A stretch of 64,000 nt of DNA from a virus: the IMG/VR virus record IMGVR_UViG_3300050027_000006. One strand, given 5' to 3'. The notes under the pieces were generated by a model. It was not told the origin of the DNA, did not search any database, and was given only the letters and a program-made list of their open reading frames with translations. Within the stretch, counting starts at the first letter, position 1, and each line of letters opens with the position of its first letter. Positions 16,790 through 23,746 of the stretch are shown one piece after another. The translations under genes and the position numbers were made by a program.

Positions 16790-17224
16790 ATGAGATCTCG
16801 TAGGTGTGACCCCACACAAGGTAAGGTGATTCCCATTAGGACGAATGCAGGAGCCGACTGGCAGGCCGGTGTCATGGCCGACACCGCCAACTCCAATACG
16901 GGCACTTACGCCCCGGCCAACTACATCGCTCTCACGGCAGACTCGGGTGCTCCGGTCGACACGGACACCACGTTGCCCGGCGAGCTAGAGACAGGCGGCT
17001 CCGGTACGCTGTCCCGCACGCAGGCCACCTACGCCCACACCACCGGTTCGAGCACCTACACGCTGACGAACCTCTTCACGTCGGACGCCTCTGTGACCGT
17101 CGCCAAGGTCGGGATCTTCAACGACCCGGACACTGGCACGCTCGTGTTCGAGGATCTCTTCGGCGTCCCGGCTGTGCTCTACTCCGGCGACCAACTTCTC
17201 GTGGTCAGCACCGTCAACTTCTAG
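16790..17224 (+). CDS. small structural (fibre-associated?) protein, paralog of 28840..29301
   Basis: YIALTADSGAPVDTDTTLPGELE...VGIFNDPDTGTLVFEDLF has the same layout as 28840..29301. The start is uncertain: ATG 16790, GTG 16826 or ATG 16874. Confidence 0.6.
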   Translation: MRSRRCDPTQGKVIPIRTNAGADWQAGVMADTANSNTGTYAPANYIALTADSGAPVDTDTTLPGELETGGSGTLSRTQATYAHTTGSSTYTLTNLFTSDASVTVAKVGIFNDPDTGTLVFEDLFGVPAVLYSGDQLLVVSTVNF

Positions 17225-17727
17225 CCGGTCCACTCGATCGAGAGGCCGGTGGTCGACTGATTGAAGTACACGAGCCGGTCGAACCCTTCGGGGGGCTTCG
17301 GGGCATCGAGCTTCTTCGCCATCCGGTCGATCACGAACTCTGGCACGGGTGCCGTGCGTTGAGCGTTGCGCACCTTCGCCACCTCCTTGGAGACCTGACC
17401 GATGAGCGCCACCGTGTAGTAGCCGCTCTGGTCAGCCATGACGAGCAGGCCACGCCGATCCTTCTCCGTCAGGTTGGTGGCATCGTAGGCGCACGGCAGT
17501 CCCTCCGTCATCCTCACGAGCAGCATGTGTCGAGCGGCCTCGTGGACGATAGCGGGGTTGCCCTGAGTGGACACGTCACCGAACATGGTCCGGCGCACGT
17601 CGTCGGCCCCGTGCCGGAACCCGGAGTGAGGCAAGATCTGGCCCAGGAGGGTCGACTTGCCCGAGCCGGGCAGCCCCACCGGGACGATCAGAGTCTTGGT
17701 CGGGAGAGTCAGGTTGATCTCGTGCAT
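17221..17727 (-). CDS. P-loop kinase (polynucleotide kinase-like / AAA_33)
   Basis: Walker A GLPGSGKST, a YDATNL motif, and C-terminal NAQRTAPVPEFVIDRM as in PNK-type kinase domains. Confidence 0.7.
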   Translation of the reverse strand: MHEINLTLPTKTLIVPVGLPGSGKSTLLGQILPHSGFRHGADDVRRTMFGDVSTQGNPAIVHEAARHMLLVRMTEGLPCAYDATNLTEKDRRGLLVMADQSGYYTVALIGQVSKEVAKVRNAQRTAPVPEFVIDRMAKKLDAPKPPEGFDRLVYFNQSTTGLSIEWTG

Positions 17728-17728
17728 G

Positions 17729-17762
17729 GATACAAGAGTATCACCACCGATACTTCAGTATC
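17729..17762. promoter_or_regulatory. two 14-bp palindromes GATAC-N4-GTATC (operator-like)
   Basis: GATACaagaGTATC at 17729-17742 and GATACttcaGTATC at 17749-17762, with centres 20 bp apart. They lie in the divergent region between the kinase and GIY-YIG genes. Confidence 0.45.
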
Positions 17763-17766
17763 AAGC

Positions 17767-17795
17767 TTGACAGGCACGCACCCTCAGCGTAAGAT
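17767..17795 (+). promoter_or_regulatory. sigma70-type promoter TTGACA-N17-TAAGAT
   Basis: Consensus -35, 17-nt spacer, TANNNT -10. ATG 17802 lies 6 nt downstream, suggesting a leaderless mRNA. Confidence 0.6.
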
Positions 17796-17801
17796 GGAGC
17801 C

Positions 17802-18299
17802 ATGGTGCAAGTAGCTTACGAGATCTATCTTCTCTCTGCGCCGGGGTTCTGGTATGTGGGATCGACTTCCATAGGTGTCGAACGTCGCCTACAACGCCAC
17901 CTTAGTGGTAGAGGAGGAGCTAAGAAGCTCTATGCCAAGATACAAGAGTTGGGCGCAGCAGCCTTTACCCTGACTGTCGTTGAGAGAGCACGAGGAAACC
18001 CGACCGAGGCCGAGCAATGCTGGTATGACTTCTTCGTAAGTGTTGGCTCTGGACAACCTCTTCAGCAACGACCGGGAGGTTACCCTGACCGTGCCGGTAA
18101 GCCCGCTTGGAACCGTGGCATCTCACCCACGCCGGAGACCGTAGCCAAGCGGCAGGCTTCCTGGGCGGCGACTAAACCCCCGGCGTGCCCTCGGGGTCAT
18201 CTCTATGATGAGGAGAATACTCTCTTCTACCCTAATGGTCGGCGGTGTAGGCAGTGCAACATTGACCGTTGCAAAGCCCGACGCAGTAGGTTAGACTGA
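17802..18299 (+). CDS. GIY-YIG homing endonuclease
   Basis: YEIYLLSAPGFWYVGSTSIGVERRLQRH. C-terminal CPRGHLYDEENTLFYPNGRRCRQC Zn module. Confidence 0.85.
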   Translation: MVQVAYEIYLLSAPGFWYVGSTSIGVERRLQRHLSGRGGAKKLYAKIQELGAAAFTLTVVERARGNPTEAEQCWYDFFVSVGSGQPLQQRPGGYPDRAGKPAWNRGISPTPETVAKRQASWAATKPPACPRGHLYDEENTLFYPNGRRCRQCNIDRCKARRSRLD

Positions 18300-18303
18300 C
18301 TCC

Positions 18304-18903
18304 ATGACCACAAACTTGTTGGAGAAGTTCAACTCCATCAAGGCCCAGTCCGACGCTCCTACGGCGCCCACTCCGGCCCCCGCCGCCTCAACTCCCGCCG
18401 TGCGTGGCGGCAACGTCAAGCCCAACCGCTATGGCGGCAAGTGCGAGAAGTGCCGTAGCTGGGTCGAGCCGGGTGCAGGGTCCTTCCGCAAGGGCGACAC
18501 CGGCTGGATCGTCTTCCATGTCGAGTGCCCCGAGGCCGTTCCCTTCCGCATCACCTCCACCGATCAGGCGGTGCCCGATGAGGGCCTCTACGTGCTGGAT
18601 GATGAGCGGATCGTCAAGATCAAGAGTAACAAGGCAGGGACGGGTCGCTACGCAAGCGTGTGGGTCGAGATCGGTGGGCATCGTCTCACTGAGGCTGGCG
18701 AGTACGTAAACGGTGAGTGGGAGTACGCTCCCGCACTGCGATCCTTCTGCAAGCCCGAGCGCCGCATGACGATCGAGCAGGCCAAGGCGTTCGGTGTCCT
18801 CTACGGCAAGTGTGCCAAGTGTGGGCGCCACCTGAGTGATGCTGAGTCAGTGGAGCGGGGTATCGGTCCCGTGTGCTTGAAGAGTTTCAGTGCCGTTGCT
18901 TGA
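18304..18903 (+). CDS. hypothetical protein with DUF6011-like C-terminal motif
   Basis: CAKCGRHLSDAESVERGIGPVC motif. A TAGACT box lies 6 nt upstream of the ATG. Confidence 0.7.
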   Translation: MTTNLLEKFNSIKAQSDAPTAPTPAPAASTPAVRGGNVKPNRYGGKCEKCRSWVEPGAGSFRKGDTGWIVFHVECPEAVPFRITSTDQAVPDEGLYVLDDERIVKIKSNKAGTGRYASVWVEIGGHRLTEAGEYVNGEWEYAPALRSFCKPERRMTIEQAKAFGVLYGKCAKCGRHLSDAESVERGIGPVCLKSFSAVA

Positions 18904-19348
18904 GAAGTGGTGTAATGGCTGCAAGCGGACTCTTCCCGAGTCCGCTTTCAGTCGTCACAAGAGTGGAGATCGCCAAGGGAGCCTGCGTGCTCGGTGCAAG
19001 GAATGCGATATTGTCGCTGCGAAGAAGTGGCAGCGGGCTAACCGGGACCGTATGCTGGCTCAGAAGACAGCCTACCGAGCCGCCCATCCAGAAGAGACTC
19101 GTCGGTATCAGCGCAGGAAGAACTGGCGAGTGATGGGTCTTGACCCGGATGAGGTAGAGTCCTTACTTGAACGGAATGAGGGTCGGTGTATGATCTGCGG
19201 AGTCCAAGAAAAGCTTGTGCCCGATCATGACCACGAGACTCTAGAGCTTCGTGGGGTATTGTGTCACTGGTGTAACACCGGTCTTGGGATGTTCCGAGAT
19301 GATCCATCCTCTCTGGCTGCTGCCATCGTCTATCTGAAAGGCGCCTGA
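18890..19348 (+). CDS. HNH endonuclease (endonuclease VII type)
   Basis: VPDHDHETLELRGVLCHWCNTGLGMF. N-terminal CNGCK..CKEC module. GTG start overlaps the upstream gene. Confidence 0.8.
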   Translation: MPLLEKWCNGCKRTLPESAFSRHKSGDRQGSLRARCKECDIVAAKKWQRANRDRMLAQKTAYRAAHPEETRRYQRRKNWRVMGLDPDEVESLLERNEGRCMICGVQEKLVPDHDHETLELRGVLCHWCNTGLGMFRDDPSSLAAAIVYLKGA

Positions 19349-19548
19349 TGCCAACTGAACCGCACGCCAAGTGGCTCATCGACTACGACGAGGGGAGCTT
19401 CAACGTCACCCGGAACACGAGGGCCTTCGCCTACGGGCTGGCCTCCGTCGAGGTGGCCATCGCCGCCATCAAGCGGTCCCGCCGCTACTCGACCGGCGAC
19501 ACGATCAAGGCCTTCGATGAGTTTGGCAATCGAGTCCTGGTGAGGTAG
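19348..19548 (+). CDS. hypothetical protein
   Basis: TGATG coupling; 66 codons. Confidence 0.6.
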   Translation: MPTEPHAKWLIDYDEGSFNVTRNTRAFAYGLASVEVAIAAIKRSRRYSTGDTIKAFDEFGNRVLVR

Positions 19549-19556
19549 CTCTGAAA

Positions 19557-19570
19557 CCACCTAAGAGGTG
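19557..19570 (+). promoter_or_regulatory. CCACCTAAGAGGTG motif copy
   Basis: First of two copies in the 116-nt gap before the protease-scaffold gene. Confidence 0.4.
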
Positions 19571-19606
19571 TAGCACGGGTGAAGGAGGTGAACGTATCTG
19601 TGACTC

Positions 19607-19628
19607 CGCCTCGGCTTTGGCCGGGGCG
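19607..19628 (+). terminator. GC-rich hairpin (9-bp stem incl. one G-U, loop TTTG)
   Basis: ccgcctcggc-tttg-gccggggcg. No U tract. Lies inside a possible 18-codon uORF (19600-19656). Confidence 0.35.
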
Positions 19629-19648
19629 CTGTCACGAGCGCTCTGAGT

Positions 19649-19662
19649 CCACCTAAGTGGTG
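19649..19662 (+). promoter_or_regulatory. CCACCTAAGTGGTG motif copy
   Basis: Ends 2 nt before ATG 19665. Its TAA is the stop of the candidate uORF. Confidence 0.4.
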
Positions 19663-19664
19663 AG

Positions 19665-22600
19665 ATGAGCATCCTCAAGACTACCTCCTTCCAGATCTTG
19701 AGCGCTTCGATGGCTGGTCAGTCGGAACGCACGTTCAAGACCGCTCACCGGGCCGAGTTCGATCACGTCGAGCGCCGACCCGGCTACCTGTACGTCCGTT
19801 CCCGAGCCATCTCCTCTCGCATCAACGAGAACTTCGACGGCTTCGACGCTGACGAGATCGCCAAGGGCTACCAGACGTTCATGGGCAAGCCCGTGTTCGT
19901 CTCGCACCACAACTCGAACCACCGACGTGCCCGAGGCGCCATTGTCGCCGTGGCGCTCCACGAGGACCACCTAGCTACCGGCGAGCCGGATACCTGGGTA
20001 GAGGTTCTCATGGAGGTCGATGCGGTCAACTTCCCGAAGCTGGCCCAGGCCATCATCGCCGGAGAAGTCGCACGCACCTCGATGGGTTGCGACGTAGCCT
20101 ACTCGTCCTGCACCTTCTGCGGCAACAAGGCCTACACCGAGGCCGAGTATTGCAAGCACATCCCCCGCCTCAAGGGCAAGCGCATCCGTCGAGTGGACGC
20201 CAAGACCGGCGCAAGCTCGATGGTGCTCGTGGCCGAGCAGTGTTTCGGGTTGCATTTCTTTGAGAACTCCCTCCTGGTCGAGGAGCCTGCCGACCCTTCT
20301 GCTTTTTGCCTGGGCACAGATTGGGTGGATTCAGATATGACTCCACACCATGCCAGTGCGAATAGCATGGATAGTTCCATCGCTTACGCCGAAGCGATTG
20401 CCAATATCCCTCAGCGTGAGTTGTCCACGACGAGTGCGTCCTCTCCCGACCGCAACCTGGGGAAGCAAGTCTCGCTTGATGATGAGGACTTCTTCTTCGG
20501 TCAGCACGTGAGCAGCATTGCGTACACCGGAAGCGCTACGCCCCCGCTCCACCATGTCGGTCGAGTTGTCGGCGTTGGTACCGAGCAGCCAGTGGGCAGG
20601 ATTGTGGCAGAGAGGAACATCGCAGGTATGGCGAACGACCAGTCCTTCGGGGATTGGGCCGACGATCTGCTCGTATCCCCATCTGTGGGAGCGGACGGAG
20701 CTTCGCTTAGCGTCGGACAGCGAGAAGCGTCCATAGCCCGAGTCGAAGACACCCCCGGTCCAAAGCCAGCATTCGTCCTCACCACGGACGGCGACCTTCG
20801 ACCAGTAGCGCTCAATCTCGGACATAGTGAAGCGGTCATTCCTAGCCATGTGCCCCATCTTAGCACGTTCGAGGCAGGCTTCATCCTCACGGCTGACAGC
20901 AATGATCTCCCCGAACTGAAGATGCCACCGCCGCCGTACCGTGTGAACTGTCGCAACTGCGGCCAGCAGAGCGTGACGAACAAGAACCACCCGAAGTGCG
21001 AGTCCTGTGGCGACCTCCATGTGTCCCCCGTGCGCCGTGCATCGAAGGAAGCCGCCACCCAAGAAGAGGCCGAGCGTACCGGCCCGTGCCCTCACTGTGG
21101 TGGCAAGCTCTTCTCGAATGGCTTCCCCGGCACCTCCCCGTACTGCGGCTCGTGCCAGACCCACATCCCGCTGAAGCCCAAGGCATCGTCCTTCGGTGGC
21201 AAGCGTGTTGCTAGCCTCCACAAGCGTGCTGTCAATCAGTGCATCCGCCACTACGAGCACGAGGTTGGACCCAATGACCTCACGTGTCCTGTATGCGAGT
21301 CCCTGATGTACTATGGGACTCCCACCACCAAGATGCCTGATGACCAATATCTCGAATGGCTCTCCAAGCAGCCCTACGAGGCTCGTAAGCACGCCATCAA
21401 CGAGACCATCGCTCCGCCCGAGGTCGACACCCTCCGTGCATCCGAGTGCCCTATCTGTGGCTCCGACGCCTACAACGGCGAGGAGTGCCCGGTGTGCATG
21501 TTCATCAAGCCGCCCGACATGTTCATGGACCCGGACCTCGAAGCTGCTCAGAATGCCGACCTCCGCCAGGATGAGGCCCAGGACGGTCTAGCCGTTGGCG
21601 ACCAGGTAGGCAACGATCACCTACAGGGCCAGACCCCGGTGGGCGACGACCTCATGGCTGCTGGCCAAGAGGGTGACCTTCAGTGCGACTCCTGTGGTGC
21701 CGTACAGCCCGGCCAGGCCTCCGCAGGGACCGACAACGCCGTCAACGGAGCACCCACTACACAGCCTACTTCACAGCCTCCTACACAGCCCGGAGCAGAG
21801 CCGCCGCCGCCCGTCAACGACGAGTCCATGCCGCTGGCTCAGGGACCGCCCGAGGACGACGACGTGCCGCCCGCTGGCAAGGAGCTTCCGAAGCCGAAGG
21901 ACGGCGAGAACGACGACGGCCAGGACGACGGCTCGAAGGCCGAGACCAAGCCGAAGGGCGACCCCGCCGACAAGGGCAAGGTCGAGTCCGACATCGATGC
22001 CGGGAAGTCCGACACCACCAAGCCGACCGAGGACGAGGCCGTCGACACCCTACAGAAGGATCTCAAGCCAGGCGACCCATGCCCGGTCTGCGACGGCAAG
22101 GGCAAGCTTCAGCCCAAGGCTGACGACAAGAAGGACGACCAGAAGGTCGAAGACAAGGATAGCAAGGACGACAAGGAGGACGGACCACCCTGGCAAAAGG
22201 GCGATAACTCCTCCAAAGAAGTGAAGGCTCAGTCGTCACTCAACCACGACACCCCAGGAGTATCTGATATGGCAGCCCCCACCGTCAAGGTTCTAGCATC
22301 GCACCAAGCCGAGATTCGTCGCCTCAAGGCGGAGAACGCTCAGCTTCGTCGTTCCGTGAACTACATCGCCGCAGCCGTTGGCATCACCCGCTTCGCTGAC
22401 GACCAGAACCCGGCAGAGCCGATCCCGCAGCCCGCAGGTGGCGCTCCGTCCGAGACCTCGGAAGAGGCCATGAACGCAGCTACTCGTGTCAACGTGCAGG
22501 AGATCGGCTCGACGCCGGTCAACGGTGTTGGCGCAGATGCGACCACCACGGTGGATCAGGTCGGCGGCATCAATGCTGACACCCCGTACTCGATCAACAC

Positions 22601-23081
22601 CGAGGTCACCACCCCGGTGTCTGGTACCGAGACCCGCATCCCTCTCGACAAGGTTCGCACCTTGCCGGAGATCCAGTTCGGCAACCCCCTTGTGCCGGAC
22701 ACCGCCTTCCCTCTCGAAGGCCCCTTCGCTGAGAAGGCAACGCTAGGCAGCAAGGGCCGCACCTACGCCGCTCTTCGCCTCGCACGTCTCCGCAAGGCTG
22801 CGGGCGTCGATGAGACTGGCTCCGACGAGATCGTTGTTGCCAACGCCATCGACACCAACGCATCGCTGAGCGACGGCGCCATTGCGCAGGAGATCGACAT
22901 CCTCACGAAGGTCGTCACCGCCACGCAGGCACCGACGCCCCGCCAGGCAAGCCGTCGTCTCGTCCCGCAGTCCTCTGCTGGTGTCGAGCGCACGATCCCG
23001 TCCGTAGCAGTAGGTGAAGGTCTCACGTCATTCACGGCAGCAGCCGCAAGTGACGACGACGCATTCGCATTCTGCGACTAA
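19665..23081 (+). CDS. prohead protease / Zn-ribbon / scaffold fusion protein (ORF stays open across an antisense HNH gene)
   Basis: The N-terminal 215 aa end in FFENSLLVEEPADPSAF, like prohead protease C-termini. Then ~200 aa are antisense to the HNH gene. Then come four Zn ribbons, a K/D/E-rich disordered linker and a coiled-coil scaffold-like C-terminus. The putative capsid genes follow. Confidence 0.65.
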   Translation: MSILKTTSFQILSASMAGQSERTFKTAHRAEFDHVERRPGYLYVRSRAISSRINENFDGFDADEIAKGYQTFMGKPVFVSHHNSNHRRARGAIVAVALHEDHLATGEPDTWVEVLMEVDAVNFPKLAQAIIAGEVARTSMGCDVAYSSCTFCGNKAYTEAEYCKHIPRLKGKRIRRVDAKTGASSMVLVAEQCFGLHFFENSLLVEEPADPSAFCLGTDWVDSDMTPHHASANSMDSSIAYAEAIANIPQRELSTTSASSPDRNLGKQVSLDDEDFFFGQHVSSIAYTGSATPPLHHVGRVVGVGTEQPVGRIVAERNIAGMANDQSFGDWADDLLVSPSVGADGASLSVGQREASIARVEDTPGPKPAFVLTTDGDLRPVALNLGHSEAVIPSHVPHLSTFEAGFILTADSNDLPELKMPPPPYRVNCRNCGQQSVTNKNHPKCESCGDLHVSPVRRASKEAATQEEAERTGPCPHCGGKLFSNGFPGTSPYCGSCQTHIPLKPKASSFGGKRVASLHKRAVNQCIRHYEHEVGPNDLTCPVCESLMYYGTPTTKMPDDQYLEWLSKQPYEARKHAINETIAPPEVDTLRASECPICGSDAYNGEECPVCMFIKPPDMFMDPDLEAAQNADLRQDEAQDGLAVGDQVGNDHLQGQTPVGDDLMAAGQEGDLQCDSCGAVQPGQASAGTDNAVNGAPTTQPTSQPPTQPGAEPPPPVNDESMPLAQGPPEDDDVPPAGKELPKPKDGENDDGQDDGSKAETKPKGDPADKGKVESDIDAGKSDTTKPTEDEAVDTLQKDLKPGDPCPVCDGKGKLQPKADDKKDDQKVEDKDSKDDKEDGPPWQKGDNSSKEVKAQSSLNHDTPGVSDMAAPTVKVLASHQAEIRRLKAENAQLRRSVNYIAAAVGITRFADDQNPAEPIPQPAGGAPSETSEEAMNAATRVNVQEIGSTPVNGVGADATTTVDQVGGINADTPYSINTEVTTPVSGTETRIPLDKVRTLPEIQFGNPLVPDTAFPLEGPFAEKATLGSKGRTYAALRLARLRKAAGVDETGSDEIVVANAIDTNASLSDGAIAQEIDILTKVVTATQAPTPRQASRRLVPQSSAGVERTIPSVAVGEGLTSFTAAAASDDDAFAFCD
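20331..20858 (-). CDS. HNH homing endonuclease (HNH_3 type) nested antisense in the protease-scaffold ORF
   Basis: CWLWTGGVFDSGYGRF..SHRWGYEQIVGPIPEGLVVRHTCDVPLCHNPAHWLLGTNADN. Start set at MGHMARN (alternative 20849). The 353-codon track ORF is a GC-driven upstream extension. Confidence 0.8.
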   Translation of the reverse strand: MGHMARNDRFTMSEIERYWSKVAVRGEDECWLWTGGVFDSGYGRFSLSDAKRSSVRSHRWGYEQIVGPIPEGLVVRHTCDVPLCHNPAHWLLGTNADNSTDMVERGRSASGVRNAAHVLTEEEVLIIKRDLLPQVAVGRGRTRRGQLTLRDIGNRFGVSDGTIHAIRTGMVWSHI

Positions 23082-23098
23082 TCATCCTCAACCCTGTC

Positions 23099-23139
23099 TA
23101 CTGGGCATCGACTCCTACAAAGAAGTAGAAGGCCCAGTA
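23099..23139 (+). terminator. hairpin (8-bp stem TACTGGGC/GCCCAGTA, long loop)
   Basis: Lies between the stop at 23081 and ATG 23165. The loop is large and there is no U tract. Confidence 0.25.
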
Positions 23140-23164
23140 ACTTTCCTGAAAGGGAGCCTACAAC

Positions 23165-23719
23165 ATGTTCCGAACTAACCTCGCAACGAGCTACCTGAAG
23201 CGCACGCTCCGTCCGCTCTACGGTTGGACGCAGGCTACGCCGAAGTCGGGCTTCCTCGATCCGTCGTGGGACCGCACTGTCGGCCTGTACCCCGGCTTCG
23301 CACTGACGAAGACCGTGGGCAACAACTACGTCCCGCTCGGCACCGCCAACGGCTCGGCCTCCAAGGCCAGCCAGCAGCCTGCCGGTCTCCTCAGCCAGTG
23401 GGTCGGCGGCGCAGGTATCGATGAGCTTCTCGAAAGCGGCGTCAACGCCCTCTCGGTGTGGGTCCTCGGTCCCGATGCTGAGTTCGAGGTTCTCGCTCCC
23501 GCCTTCGACGCCGTGACCGGTGGCTCATGGGCCACTGCCGATGTCGTCGGCAACGATGGTGTCGACACCCTCATCTACGCATACGTTGACACCGTTCCGG
23601 GTCAGCTTTGCCTCGCTGGTGGCTCTGGCGGAACGGTCTCGTCCTCACCGGTCGCCCGTCTCGTGCAGGTCGAGTCCACCAACTCCATCATCATCGCTGG
23701 CCTACGAGGCACTCACTAA
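23165..23719 (+). CDS. virion protein between scaffold and capsid genes (decoration-like?)
   Basis: RBS GGGAG. The call rests on position only; no motif recognised. Confidence 0.6.
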   Translation: MFRTNLATSYLKRTLRPLYGWTQATPKSGFLDPSWDRTVGLYPGFALTKTVGNNYVPLGTANGSASKASQQPAGLLSQWVGGAGIDELLESGVNALSVWVLGPDAEFEVLAPAFDAVTGGSWATADVVGNDGVDTLIYAYVDTVPGQLCLAGGSGGTVSSSPVARLVQVESTNSIIIAGLRGTH

Positions 23720-23746
23720 GTCCTCGGACTAGGAAAGGTACACACC

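Noticed and set aside
20300-20925. A possible second intein in the protease-scaffold gene, suggested by ...PSAF|CLGTDWV resembling an intein block A start.
   Set aside because: No TxxH block, endonuclease block or terminal (H)N + Cys/Ser/Thr junction is present. The segment is exactly the antisense of a complete HNH gene, which explains its existence.
20859-21392. Upstream extension of the minus-strand HNH ORF to 353 codons.
   Set aside because: The recognisable HNH_3 sequence starts at MGHMARN (20858). The extension is antisense to the Zn-ribbon modules of the + ORF and looks like shadow sequence.
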